Positions 12,732 to 27,192 are shown, numbered from the stretch's first letter. The stretch: DNA of 64,000 nucleotides from Eledone cirrhosa (GCA_964016885.1 OZ024762.1:26970001-27034000), one strand, 5' to 3'. Notes: a model not told the origin generated them from the sequence alone. Numbers and translations are program-made.

Positions 12732-13268
12732 TGGTGAGGAGGGTGACTTTGGACATCCTGCAGGACTAAAAACAAAACCTGTCAAAGGGCAAAGGAGCTC
12801 TTAAGAGTCAATGGCCATCCAAAATCACCGGGAGAGATGACCCCTTTAGCCTTAGTCAAGGCAGAATTCTAGGAGAAGGAAAACTCTGATATAACACCTG
12901 CAACCCTGATGGTATCCAATGATGTTGACTTGTTCTTCTTTTTGGTAAATAGCATCTTGGTTAAGAGAGTGGGACTGGCTTTGTGCAGTGCCTTTGCTCA
13001 CTATAAAAGCTTCACGGCACAGGCATTGCTTTATATCTGGAGATCTCTCTGCACTTGTCCTCACATGGGCCCAGCACTATGTGTCAATAATTGTCCTACC
13101 ATGGGCCTAGCACTATGTGTCAATAGTTGTCACAGGTGTAGTGTTTGTACCAGAGGTTTCAAGTCGCTGGCTGGACTAAAAAGTCACACTCGTTCAGCGC
13201 TTCGGTAGGGGTTATCCTACATGGATGTAAAGTAGTGGCCGTACTCGAAAACGAGTTGGCAGCCACCA
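12732..13268 (+). mobile_element. RTE-derived non-autonomous retroelement, copy 2 (inverted relative to copy 1)
   Basis: Reverse-complement match to copy 1, with an internal ~35-bp tandem duplication at ~13064-13131. Confidence 0.75.
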
Positions 13269-13729
13269 TATATATGTGTATGTGTTTGTGTCTGTGTATT
13301 CAGTAAAAATAGCTGCCACAAAGAAAAAGAATTAAAAAAGTGTAAATGAGTTCGTGCCACCAGGTGGCTCTCCTCTCTCGTCTAACTCCAACATACAAGC
13401 TTCTCTTTAAATTTATTTATGAAAATTCTCGTCTTTCACATTTTCTTATTGAAACCTAACGTTTGCTACTGTGTCTGGATTTGTTCAGAAAATCGATATT
13501 ACATTTGTCTACTAGATCTGTCCTAATTAACTTCGTATTAATAATTAAGATAACCGAAATGATTTAATTGATACGGTGAATGTCAAGAGGTCGGCGTATC
13601 AATAGCATGTGTCTGCTTTTGATAGAGCAAATTGATGATGATTATGATAAATATCTATATATACATGTATATACAAATGTATACCTCTATAATTGTAAGA
13701 GTATATATATATATATATATATATATATT

Positions 13730-15612
13730 AAGTTTAGGAAAAACACACTCAGGAGAAAAAGCTACCTAAGACGACTGAATGGTGATCTAGGAAAATTGAA
13801 GAACTCGACCACATTTTGGTACACGCAGATAAAACTAACAACCTGTACGATATGGATAGAGTAACCTATGACGATTTGATAACTAGAGAACCTAGGAAAA
13901 GCTACAGAAAAACTATACGGGCCAACTTGGATGTAATCAACACGGAGGCCAATAGCGTCATGACTAAAATCAGTATTGAAGATAAAACGGAACCCTTCCA
14001 TCCTAGAACTCCGAGGATTTTGTTGAAGGACCACAAATTAGACTTTGAATCATCAAGACCTGTCAGACTGATAGACCCTTCGAAGTCAGACATAGGAATC
14101 GTGAGTAAAAACATCCTTGATAAAATAATCCCCACTCTAGTTAGGAGTTCGAAGCTTAAATTTTGGTCAGGAACTAGTGAGGTAATTAACTGGTTTGAGA
14201 AATCGCAGAATAAGAATAGCACTAAGTTTATACAGTTCGATATCTCTAATTACTACTCTTCGATCTCTCCAACTATTCTAGGTAGGGCCCTTAACTTTGC
14301 TACACCGACCTTACATCCGAAGAAATTAACACTATTCTTCTAGCTAGGAAAACCTTAATTGAGTTCAACGGTGACTTGTGGACCAGGAAGGATTGGCCAG
14401 ATAATTTCGACATCACCATGGGATCCACGGACTCGGCATAGGTGACAGATCTGATGGGCATTTACTTCCTTGACTGTCTCTGAGTGGAAATGCCCCACTT
14501 GGGAGGCGGCCCTTACCGTGACGACATTTTGTTTACTGTGTCGTTCCATAATAATAGTATGGTAGAGAAAGTGAGGAAAAAAACTAAGCAAATTCTTCAA
14601 GAACATAGACCTAAGTATAGTATTTGAAGAGAACTTTAAAATAGTTAATTTTCTAGATGTTACACTAACCTCAATTCAGGACTCTTCCAACCCTATCACA
14701 AACCCAACGAGAATCTGAACTATGTCAACGCAAAATTGAACCACCCTAGAATAGTCACTAACGGTATTACCAAAAGCGTCTCTAGTAGAATTTCAGGAAT
14801 ATCTTCCAATGAAGATACCTTTAATAAGATCTATAATAGCGCCCTAGAACGCGCGGGGCATAGCGAGGGATTCTCATTCAAACGTCCATTAAATAGTAGT
14901 AACAACACTGCCTGCGATAGCTTAGGCCAAGATAGTGACACTCTAGTTAACAGCAGGCGTGATACAAGGGAGGATTTATATAGACTTCATGTTGTATTGC
15001 CTCCTAGTCCCAATGTTGATGGTACCAATGGAAACAACCAGCCAGGTACTAACACGGGGTCTGAGCACCGTAACGCCAGCGGAAACTCTAATTGTAACCT
15101 TAATGGTAAAACAACCGTTGAACGTAAGATGGAACGAGGGTCGGGTAAAGGGAATAGAGATAGGTGTAGCAGACGCATAGTGGATTTAATCCCGGCTATC
15201 GAGGGTAATCCCAATGGCTGCACCGGGGGGGTACACCGCCTCGGGGACTTGGGACGATTCAGAACACAATCGTGACACCCCAGGACACCATCGACCCACA
15301 GGCAATTTCCAGTTATAATAGACCAGTAGCTACTAAGGTGACAGGTATCACTAATATAGTTAATAAGAACAAGAGGCATCGGACCAGAAAAAATCATGTG
15401 GTATATGGTATAATCCCCTTACTCCACTGGCCTGACCACTAGTAGAGCTAAGCTTTTCTTTAAGGCCTTATACAAATGCTTCCCTAGATCACACAGATAC
15501 TATAAAATATTCAATAGGAATACCATCAAGCTGTCCTACTCCACAACTAGTAACATAGCTCAGAATATAGCTAAAATGAATTATAGTAGACTTAGGACAG
15601 CCCAAGGGGGAT
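13730..15612 (+). mobile_element. Decayed Penelope-like element, RT region
   Basis: RLIDPSKSDIG, FIQFDISNYYSSI, FDITMGS, YRDD, VNFLDVTL, YHKPN, WYNPPYS, KIFNRNTIKLSYS across frameshifts and stops. Confidence 0.85.
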
Positions 15613-15744
15613 CTCTGTATATAATTCATTGTCGCTTAGGTGTTCAAAGGCTAGGTTGTTGTATGCGTCATCTCTCAAGCAACATACAAAAACCTAGCCT
15701 TTGAACACCTAAGCGACAGTGAATTATACACAGAGGTCCCGGAC

Positions 15745-16575
15745 ATGACTGCAGCCCAGATCGAAAAACAGACCAACTCCATCTGGTTCGATATCTGTAG
15801 GAGAAGACAACTCCCAAATAAAGTTAAGCTCAACTACACCACTAGAAATAGCAGACTGTCCACTTTCTACCACCTCATCAAGACCCACAAGAATAGTACT
15901 AAGACGCAAATAAGAACCATCGTCTCTAGCATAGAAGGACCCCTATACAAAATTTCCTGGCTCCTCTCCCAGGTCCTCAAGCCTCTACTCCCCACCTTTC
16001 CCGGGCATGTCAGTAGCTCCGACGAAGTTATACGTAGACTACACCAACTCCAGCCAGAACAACTTAAATTAAATAGATACGCATTTAGCCTCGACGTTGT
16101 CTCCCTCTACACTACAGTCCCCGCTAATCCACCTGTCGATTTATTGAGGGGCTGCATGGTCGCAGGGGACATCCACTGCTACGGCCTCCATCCGACGGAT
16201 ATACACCAGCTTTTGTCCTTCACAGTAGACAACACGTACTTCACCTTCCACCACCACACATACAGACAGACAACAGGATTACCCATGGGATCTAGCCTAT
16301 CGGGCCTGCTGGCCATCACCTATATGAACCAGCTAGAATGCCGAGCCCTCAACACCTGCCATTCCCATACCATCTTCACCCGATATGTAGATGACATACT
16401 CATCCTTACATCATCCCGTGAGGAGGCAGATAAAATATACACAACATTCTCCAGCATGGACGCCAGTATAAAGTTCAGCAGGGAACACCCCGATGACCAC
16501 GGATCCCTATCCCTACTGGACTTCCAACTCAGGGTAACAGAGGAAGGCAACATCCACACCTGCTTCTATAAATAA
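15745..16575 (+). CDS. Penelope-like reverse transcriptase core (partial)
   Basis: RT motifs SLDVVSLY, GLPMGS, YVDD, LLDF. Confidence 0.8.
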   Translation: MTAAQIEKQTNSIWFDICRRRQLPNKVKLNYTTRNSRLSTFYHLIKTHKNSTKTQIRTIVSSIEGPLYKISWLLSQVLKPLLPTFPGHVSSSDEVIRRLHQLQPEQLKLNRYAFSLDVVSLYTTVPANPPVDLLRGCMVAGDIHCYGLHPTDIHQLLSFTVDNTYFTFHHHTYRQTTGLPMGSSLSGLLAITYMNQLECRALNTCHSHTIFTRYVDDILILTSSREEADKIYTTFSSMDASIKFSREHPDDHGSLSLLDFQLRVTEEGNIHTCFYK

Positions 16576-16813
16576 GCCGCCAGCAGGGACCTGTTCGTAC
16601 ATTTCAGATCGGCCCTCCCAGCCGGCGCTAAGTTCGGATACATAAGGAACGAACTTACACGTATCCGGAACAAATGCACCGACGCTAGAGACCGAGACAC
16701 ACACACCACTCATTTCCTGGAAGTACTCAAACTGAACGGATACACGACATCCACCACAAACCGTACCAGAAAGAACAGAGGACACCACACCCGAGGCACT
16801 GAAGTGTGTATGA

Positions 16814-17103
16814 GCCTCTGGTGGAGTGTCTTTTGGTTAGCTGTCCGCGTAGAGAAGGACCTGAGTGGGCCAGTTGGTTATCTAGTCCCTCTCGTCTGAT
16901 AGCTCTGCGAATGTCTGTTGTTGTTTCGTCACTGAAGTGTGGGAGCTTCAGGAAGCAAGTGCTTCCTGAAGCTCCCACACTTCAGTGACGAAACAACAAC
17001 AGACATTCGCAGAGCTATCAGACGAGAGGGACTAGATAACCAACTGGCCCACTCAGGTCCTTCTCTACGCGGACAGCTAACCAAAAGACACTCCACCAGA
17101 GGC
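16814..17103. repeat. Palindrome with 144-bp arms and a 2-nt spacer
   Basis: Centre ggaagca-ag-tgcttcc; arms read as exact reverse complements. Confidence 0.93.
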
Positions 17104-17424
17104 ACATACACACATGTATGTATATATATAGAGAGAGAGATATATGTACGTTTGTGTGTGTATATGTGTGTTAGTTTAAAATTGTACCCCCAGCTCATCG
17201 ATATTGAAACAATTCTAATATGCCAATAATGTTTATATATGTGCTGCAAAAGTGACTTTGTTCATACTTATATAAATATATCTTTATACATACACTCACG
17301 CACATATATATATATAGATAATAAGGGTTGACGGACCCAACATATTTATCAATGCCAGTACCGGTTGTATCTCAGCGCACTCAATGGGCAATGTAAGATA
17401 CATTACTACATAGTTATATATATA

Positions 17425-17625
17425 TGGGGTAAGAGTTAGGACCCCGACGGCTGAGCTCCGGCCGTTTCGACAGCTAGATCCGAACTCAGTTCGGATCTTG
17501 CTGTCGAAACGGCCGGAACTTAGTCGCTGGGGCCCTAACTCTTTTCCTATTAACCACTCTACTACCCTAAGTTTTGAGTACTCTGGAGCGTTATTGTCAA
17601 CCTGGTATATCCCTTCCATATACGG
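17425..17625 (+). mobile_element. Short PLE-terminal-repeat-like unit with hairpin; other copies at ~11938-12030, 24735-24925, 38125-38320
   Basis: Shared cactctactacc.aag.....gagtactctgg motif and GAAACGGC..GYCG hammerhead 3' half; hairpin at 17441-17531. Confidence 0.65.
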
Positions 17626-17789
17626 TACCGATTGTGTTGTTATTTATGTTTACATTTTACATATATATTTATTTATTTATTTATTTGTCTATAGGACGAA
17701 AGAAACGACAAAAGATTACCAGGTAACTGACTTTTTCGTTATCTTCATCTCACCGTTCATTTTGAATTGTTTAACCTCATATAACTTTC

Positions 17790-17838
<49 letters not shown>

Positions 17839-19134
17839 TATTTATTTCATGATTTTAAAAATTCATGTGAGAATGATGTTTAGCTCAAATATAAAACGAC
17901 CACCTGCATGTAGAGTCTAACTAACGACCTTATCAATGCTAATACCCTAACCCTAAGCCTAACCACTATTCCACTCTCATTTTTTTTACTATCTATTTAA
18001 TATGTCGAAAGCTCATTACCATTTTTAATGCTTACGGCGTTATTAAATTCATTTCATTTCTATGTTATTCGCATTTCTTACATTGCAAAAATATGCAATC
18101 TTGTACAGCCATTTTGTTTTTCCTTTCGAGATACGGTGAAAATGTATGCATAGCTCATGACGTCACAACATGAACGAAATATTACCATCGTTATCTCTCA
18201 TATTTTCTTCTCTCCAGGGACAGGGAAATAATATTACTTATTGACTAATATTGCTATGTCTTTTTAATATTCCCTCGAGGTAAATTCATTTCTAGCTACC
18301 GGTTATAATGTCACTTCTTTAACATATGTTAACGTTAAGTTGAGGATTGATTTTCTTGCCAGTGGCGTCGTTGAATAATTCTAGTTCAATACACAAATTT
18401 GAATTCTCTACGCCGACGAATATAAAATCGTATTCGTTCATTTCCCGATTATTTCCTTTTAATTTTACCAAGTACTGTGGAGGCTATATCTCGCTAATGA
18501 GCTCAGAATAAGATAGAAAATTGCTATATTTTTGGTCTTCGGGATTTTGCTGTTTCCTAGAAACCAAATATGATATCATTTTTCTTTTTTGTTTTTTGTA
18601 TTTTTGTTGTTTTTTTTACCGATCATTAGGTTGTACTGAATAAACCAAACTGGTTCACGTCGTATATATGTATATATATGTGTGTGTGCCTATGATTATA
18701 TATATATATATATATATATATACGTACTGATATATCCATATGCATACATTTCTACAAACATTCCTACGCACACATGTACATTATCACACTCATACATAGT
18801 TACATATACACATATATATAAACTTCCATACATAAATACATACACATTCATACTTAAATACATAACTACATACATACATATATGCATATATATATACATA
18901 CGTACGTACAAACATACATACACACCCATACAGACACACAGACACGCATACTTGAATACATAACTACATACATAGGTACATTCATACATATATTACTACA
19001 TACATACAAAACTATATACATATATACATATATACATGCATATACACTTACAGACACACAGACACATACTTAAATACCTGATTACATACATACATTAATT
19101 ACATACATTCATACCTACACACGTACGTACATTC

Positions 19135-19685
19135 AATCGAATGTGGCTTTTTAGCCCAGCCAATGATCTAAAATGTCTTGCACTGAGTCGGCAACCAAAA
19201 CATTCACTGGGAATAGCCGGCTGTGGTTGGAGTTCCTGTAATTTTGCATGTCGTTTGAGCCCTCCTGCTGATTTACATTCTCTACCATATGCTTGGCAAG
19301 CATGATGTGTAGCATCTCCAACAGCAGCCTGGTAGTCAACCACTGGTCTTACTTTATGACTGCGAAGATGACTTTCGAGTCCAGCTTTGCTTAGGCAGAG
19401 TCTCGCACAGACGCTGCATGTCAGCACCATAGGAGGACCCTCGCCGTCTGGAAGTGCATCAGCAATGCCCTTCCTCACATCCCGCTTTACTTTCTCGTAT
19501 GCGATTCGAGATGCCTCAAAGGCAACTTTTCCCTCATATACAGTCTTTCTCCATTTATTACGATCAGCAGCAACATTTTCCCATGTATCAGCAGAGATGT
19601 TAGCGTCTTTCAAAGAGGCTTTCAAGGAAATCAAGGAATTCTTATACCTCTTTATACCCCTTTTCATATACCTCTTTATACCTCT
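19135..19685 (-). mobile_element. RTE-clade LINE 3' fragment with 2-3 C2H2 fingers
   Basis: WENVAADRNKWR, CSVCARLCLSKAGLESHLRSH, RSLAGLKSHIR. Confidence 0.75.
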
Positions 19686-20299
19686 TATTTAGCTACATAA
19701 CTACATATATATACACACACACATACACATACATAGATGCATAACTACATATACACACACACACATACATACATAGATACATAACTACATATATACATAC
19801 ACGCAGACACATACATAGATACATAACTACATATATACATATATACATACACACATACACATACATACATAGATACATAATTACTTATACACACATACGC
19901 ATACAGACATACATAGATACATAATTACATATACACACATACACATACATACATAGATACATAACTACATATACGCACACACACATACACATACATAGAT
20001 ACATAGATACATAACTACATACATACATAGATACATAGATACAAAACTACATACATACATAGATACATAACTACAAATATACAAACACACATACATAGAT
20101 ACATAACTACATATATATACATACACACATACACATACATACATATATACACACATACATATATACATACACACACATACCCACATACATAACTATATAA
20201 TAAATGTCTGGCAATTACTTAACATCCAACACAAACAAACAAAAAAAATGGTAGACAACAACAAAAAAAGCAAAATAAATACATTACGGAAACGATTAA

Positions 20300-20610
20300 A
20301 GAGCTACAAAAACAAATACTACTACAACTACTACAGCAACAGCAAATACTACTACAACAACAACTACAACTACTACAACAACAAATACTACTACTACAAC
20401 TACTACAACAATAACAAATACTACTACTACAACTACTACAACAACAACTACAACAACAACAAATACTACTATAACTACAACAACAACAACAGCAACAAAT
20501 ACTATAACTACAACAACAACAAATCCTACTATAACTACAACAACAAATCCTACTATAACTACAACAACAACAACAACAACAAATACTACAACTACTACAA
20601 CAACAACTAG
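20300..20610. repeat. (CAA/CTA)n low-complexity tract
   Basis: Read directly from the sequence. Confidence 0.9.
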
Positions 20611-21027
20611 TACAAGAACATCGGCAATAACAACAACAGTAATAAAAGGAAGCAAATGATTATGGTGACCGTCATTGTAAATGCTCTGTTAAAATCTATT
20701 GTGACGTCGATAGGGTAGTTTTATCGTACCATCAACGACAACTGTCCGCCATTACAGTTTGTTTGCTAATAATCCGCCATTAATATACGCCATTTTCGGT
20801 GACATTAGAAATATACTATCTCCCACTGTTCTCTCTGATGATCAGAGAGAATTTTAAATGTTTACCACTTCTACCTCCTCCTTCGCCTTCTTCCTCCTCT
20901 TCCAGCACCCCTTGCTCTTGCTGCCGATAATATTTACTACACATATACCCAACACACACATACACATACATATCCAACATATACACAGACATACACACGC
21001 ACACATATATACATACATAACGACAGA

Positions 21028-21073
<46 letters not shown>

Positions 21074-21229
21074 TATATATATATATAGATATATGTATGT
21101 ATATAGATATATATATCTATGTATATATGTATCTGTGCATGTATATAAATACATATGTTTATATATATATGTGTGTGTGAATGTATGTATATATATATAT
21201 ATATATATATGTGTATATATATGTATATT

Positions 21230-21313
<84 letters not shown>

Positions 21314-21797
21314 CATGTGTGTGAATACACCCATGCACATACATAGAAACAAAAACATACACATGCGCACATATATGCGTACGTTTATATCTCTCTATAT
21401 ATATACGCGGGTGAGGTGGAGAGAGAGAGAGAAAGGTTGAGAATGAGAAAGAAGTGAAGTAATGTTTGTGTCTATGAATGTGTGTGTGTACATATGTACA
21501 TATGTATATATGTGTATACGTGTGTATATATTTATATTTAGGTATGTGTTTGTGACTGTGTAGAGAGCAATTCGCACTAGGTTATATTCAATATAGATTA
21601 GCTTATAGTTTCTCGCCGACAGAGAGACGTAGAACGCAGAGCGATATACAGATTCGCAGACGCCAAGAGCTTACTGGTGAACGCTACCCTGCTAAAAATA
21701 GCAGCGAACGTTCCCTCAATGCACACATTTAGCCTCTTAATAAAACGAGAAACATTGAATATTGTAGTCCAAGAATGCTAACCCGGGCCTAACCTCG

Positions 21798-22205
21798 AGC
21801 AACATCAACAGCAGCATCTACAGCAATAATAACAACAGCAGCAACAATACTAACAACATCAACAGCAATAACAATATCTATAGAAGCAAAATACGCGCCA
21901 GCAGCAACAACAGCAATTACGAAAGCAGCCGGAACAGTAACAGCAACAACAAAAATAACAACAACAGCGATAGAAATAACAACAATAACAACAGCAACAA
22001 CAGCAGCATCAACAACAATAGCAACTGCAGCAGCAATAAAAATATCAATAACAGCAACAACAATAACAATAGCAGCAACAACAATAACAGCAGCAACAAC
22101 AATAGCAACAACACCAACAACAATAACGCCAACAATAACACCAACAATAACACCAACAATAACAACAACAATAACAACAATGCCAATAACAACCACAACA
22201 GCAAA
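21798..22205. repeat. (CAA/CAG/TAA)n low-complexity tract
   Basis: Read directly from the sequence. Confidence 0.9.
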
Positions 22206-22309
22206 AACAAAAAAAGAACGGCCATAACTTAGAAATTTAGAAACTTAACGACGTAGCTGAGTTAAGATTTGAACTTCCGTTGATCTCCCGATTAGGTTTA
22301 ACTTAGATC

Positions 22310-22795
22310 ACAAGTTGACCCACCAAGAAGGTGTTATGGTTAAGAGAACGGAGGGGAAGATGAGCAGTGATTTGACTACTAATGAGAGGGTCAGGAGAAA
22401 TTTAGCAGTAATTTGACAACCATTAGTGACCCACTAACGAGTGGGTGTTATATTTAGAGATCAGTGGGAGGAGATGGGATGTAATGTGACCACCATAGCT
22501 GACCTAACAACCAGAGGGGGTTACAGTATAGAGCCAAGGATTTGGCCACCATTGGTGATCCACCAATGAGAGGATGTTATAGTTAAGGATTAGGCGGAGA
22601 AGATGGGAAATAATTTGACCACCATAGCTGACCTACTAACGAGAGAGTGTTACAGTTAAGGGACAGGGATTTGGCCACCATTGCTGGCCCACCAACATAA
22701 GGGTGTTCCAGTTGAGGGTCAAGGGAAGAAAATGGCCAATAATGTGGCCTCCATTACTACTCAGCAATGATACGGTGTTATAGTTAAGGGCTAAA
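22310..22795. repeat. Diverged minisatellite with alternating ~73/56-bp subunits
   Basis: Anchor tttg(a/g)ccaccat recurs at ~22412, 22485, 22541, 22615, 22670, 22743. Confidence 0.7.
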
Positions 22796-22821
22796 ACAGT
22801 GAAACACCCAATGGACGTTGT

Positions 22822-23060
22822 CTGTGCGACAGCTCACATCTATGCAGGTTTAGCTGGGCTCCTCCAAGGTATATGTCGTTGGAGTTGTCTTGGATAATTT
22901 AAGGATAGGGACCCCAGTCCTATCTCATTTCTACAGCTGAGTAAACTGGAGCAACGAGAAATAAAGTGTCTTGCTCAAGGAAACAACACATCACCCGGTC
23001 CGAGAATTGAACCTTTCGATTGCAAGTCCAATGCTCTAACCACTAAGCTATGCACCTTCA
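22822..23060 (-). mobile_element. tRNA-derived SINE family 2 (central domain ccttgagcaagacactt)
   Basis: A box tagcttagtggt, B box ggttcaattc. Copies at ~24938-25158 and 49895-50127. Confidence 0.8.
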
Positions 23061-23515
23061 CCAATGGACGTTGCACACAGTGGGTTGACATCAGCTCCTC
23101 CTGGCCAAGGCGATGTTTTACCAAAGTTGAATGAATGTGAGCCATCTTCTTTAAGATGTAATTATGTCTACATCATCTCCAGAGTCTGTCGTTCAGACAA
23201 CATTGACCAAAAATCAATAATGCGCATTCCATGCCAAAAATACGTGGAAATCTAAGGGTCATGGTTGAATAACTCTGCCAAAATCAATGCCACTAGATAC
23301 GTTGCTGATTGATTCCGTTTATCGATCTCTGACACGCAATTTGTCTGGCCTATATTCAAATGACAATCAACGACAAGAAACAGGTGGATAGGTGTGTGGG
23401 TAGACGGTAGGAGGGTGGGTGACTGTGGTTATGCTTGTGTAGTTTTCAGTTAGTTTTAGTTTAGCATCTGAAAGCTCTGCGTGTGTTTGTATGTATATAT
23501 GTATGTATATTTATG

Positions 23516-23595
<80 letters not shown>

Positions 23596-23658
23596 AAGAA
23601 AAAGAATGACTTCACTTGTAGTTCTAAATAATTTAATTTTATAATATTATAATATGAA

Positions 23659-23845
23659 GGTGGATTGGCAGTATCGGTAGAGGGTCAGACGCCATGCTTT
23701 GCAGCACAGTTACGTCCCTTTACAGACTGCGTTCAAATCCTGTCGAGGTTAACTTTGCCTTTAATCCTTACGGGGTCGATAAAATAAAGTACCGGTAATA
23801 CACTGGGATAATTGCTGGCCTTGTACCAAAAAGTAGAAACAATTA
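23659..23845 (+). mobile_element. tRNA-derived SINE family 1 (Nin/Deu-like core)
   Basis: A box tggcagtatcgg, B box gttcaaatcc, core ctttgcctttcatcctt.cggggtcgataaaat. About 10 full or partial copies in the window. Confidence 0.85.
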
Positions 23846-23854
23846 TAATATGAA

Positions 23855-24500
<646 letters not shown>

Positions 24501-24937
24501 GAATGTGGCGTTTTTTTACGAAATGAAAAAAAAACGAGGTGTCCTACACGAGTGAATGTATAAGGAAAAAAGATGAAATCGAAAATGCAAATGGAGTCTC
24601 TTTTTTTTTAAATATATTTATTTGGTATTTCGCAGTTCTTGTGCTTTTCAAAAGTAGAATTGACATGGAGGGTTTGTCTTTATAACAAATTTTGACCAAT
24701 CCTCTTGACAATTACTATCTTCCCATATAAGGAAGTACCCCTTGATAAGTTTAGCTATTTATTTACCAGGCTAAAAATTCAAATCTAGTCCAAAATAGCC
24801 GTCGAAACGGCTTGAGCTCAGCCGTCGGGATCATTCTTTTTTTTATTACCCACTCTACTACACTTAGTAATGAGTACTTTGGTGCGTTATGGTCCATCTG
24901 GTTCCTTACAACAATTCCTTTGTTATATATATATATC

Positions 24938-25158
24938 GACAGTCGATCGACTTTCGTCAAATCGGACCGAGGAAACAATGTTTTCGTTGGTCTTTCCAAT
25001 TGCTAGTACTCTCTATCGGTCGCAACTCCAGGTAGAAGGAGCAACGTGAAATAAAATGTCTTGCTCAAGGACATAACGCATCGCCCGGTCCGGGAATCGA
25101 ACTTACAACCTCACGATTAGGAATCTAATTCTCTAACCACTCGGCCACACGCCTTCAC
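24938..25158 (-). mobile_element. tRNA-derived SINE family 2
   Basis: tggccgagtggtt A box, gttcgattcc B box, gtccttgagcaagac. Confidence 0.8.
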
Positions 25159-25482
25159 TATATATATATATATAAAAGAAATGAATACAAGGAGTTTAAA
25201 ACCGTTAAAACATGTTTATATAACAGTGCACCTACGTACTTTTCGCCCGGAATGAGCTTATCAAGGGCATGGAAAACAAAAAAATGATCAATACGCGACC
25301 CAGGAGGGGTTTCACGGTTAAATTCACATCAGAGTTCATTCTTCGCCTACGTACATGTGCTGTTATTATTGCAGAGCAGGGGTAGGTACTCTGGCCGGTG
25401 TTCAAACAATCTAGTCCCACTTGGTTTTTTATACCTGTTCATATGATGGTGTTTTGCATTTTTATATACATATATAAACATA

Positions 25483-26561
25483 TATCTCAAAGAACTCTGT
25501 CATCCCATCAGGTGTAATGACTTGCGCTTTGGTATTGGTGTAGAGCAGTGATATCAGGTCCACTATCTTCTTGGGGGTTCCATAAGCCTGTAAGATCTTC
25601 ATCAGGTAGTGACGGTCCAAAGAATCAAAGGCCTTCCTAAAGTCAATGAAAACCCTGACCGCAGGAAGGCACTTTGGAAGATACATTGGCTCCCTACCTG
25701 CTTATCATCGTAGTGGACTATAGTATGCGCCTTGCACTGGAGAAACATCAGGACTCTGGCTTTACTGTAGCACCGGCTCAGAACAGGAGAGTTAAGGAGA
25801 AAAAGATATCGGATGCTGAATTTGCCGGCGACAGAGTTTGCTGACAAATACAGTGAAGGAGGCTGAGGATTTGATGCAGGAGGTTGAGACTGTGTCGATG
25901 AGTGTGGGGCTGAGAATGAATGAAACTAAAACAAAATATCTGGTAGAGAATGTTGAGAAGCCAGAGGGGATCACTAATGTAGGCGGGAAGCCGCTGGAAT
26001 TGGTTGAGGACTTCCTGTATTTGGGAGCAAAGGTTGGGAATACGGAAGATGATGTAGTTAAGAGGAAGGGCAAAGCCTGGGCGGCGTGCCACAGCTTCAG
26101 ATCCGTGTGGAAGTCGGACCTTCGTAAAGACCTGAAAATCCGCCTCTTCATTGCTGTAGTGGAGTCTGTGCTGCTGTACGGGTCTGAGACTTGGACACTG
26201 ACCAAGAAACTCACTCAGATGGTGGATGGGTGCTACACGAGAATGCTAAGGATGGCTCTGAACATTAATCAGTATACACTGAGGAGGAAAATCTCAGAGC
26301 TGTATGGGAGCCTCCCAAAAGACAGTTCAAAAGTGACACAGAGGAGTCTGGGGTTGGCTGGACGTACTCACCGACGTCCGGAGTTTACATTGCGCTCAGT
26401 GCTCCTGTGGCAGCCCCTGCATGGACACACTGGTGAAGAAAGGCCAAGGTTAACGTATGTTGATGCCCTAAGGCCAGACACTGGTCTGTTGGAGACGCAG
26501 GACATGGCAGCAATAATGAGGGACAGAGACCGCAGGAGAGAAATCGTCCATGGATCTCGGA
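25483..26561 (+). mobile_element. RTE-clade LINE, 5'-truncated with 5' inversion (25483-25676 minus; 25679-26561 plus)
   Basis: Homologous to 54027-57340. Motifs IDFRKAFDS (minus) and ESVLLYGSETW, DGCYTRMLR (plus). Confidence 0.88.
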
Positions 26562-26570
26562 ATATATATA

Positions 26571-26601
<31 letters not shown>

Positions 26602-26720
26602 TTGTGTATTTGTATGTATGTGTATGTATGTGTATGTATGGATATGTTGATATATATATATATGTGTATGTATGAATATGTATATGTATGTGTATTTGTA
26701 CGTGTATATATGTGTATGTA

Positions 26721-26817
<97 letters not shown>

Positions 26818-27066
26818 ATATATATGTGTATGTATATATGTGTGTGTATTTAATTGTGTGTGTGTGCATGTGTGTTTATTTTTCCTTTCCTTCTTCCTTT
26901 TCCAGCCTCACTTTCATATAGATTATATTTTTGTTTTTAAAGTCCAATGTCAATAAATACACCAGGATTTTTTCATTCTGATGATTGAAAGCGAAATGTG
27001 TTTGCTTTAAATAAACCACTGGTAAATGAAATAATTGCCTTATGTTGTTTATTACATAACAATATA

Positions 27067-27153
<87 letters not shown>

Positions 27154-27192
27154 GATATTAATAAATGGAAACTATATTTATAAAACCATATT

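Larger units (their letters stand above)
15613..17103 (+). mobile_element. Second, different Penelope-like element RT fragment with fold-backs at both ends
   Basis: ORF 15745..16575: FYHLIKTHK, FSLDVVSLYT, QTTGLPMGS, RYVDD. The frame continues past a TAA (HFRSALP...NELTRIRNKC). Confidence 0.85.

Noticed and set aside
20248-22225. Poly-N/Y and poly-V/L ORFs resembling prion-like or membrane proteins
   Set aside because: Trinucleotide low-complexity tracts with no domain or exon evidence.
22990-23060. tRNA-like sequences in SINE heads
   Set aside because: They are attached to SINE cores in multiple diverged copies, with no complete cloverleaf.
26978-26996. CTGATGA...GAAA motif (a similar weak one at 9104-9126)
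   Set aside because: Stems do not pair convincingly.
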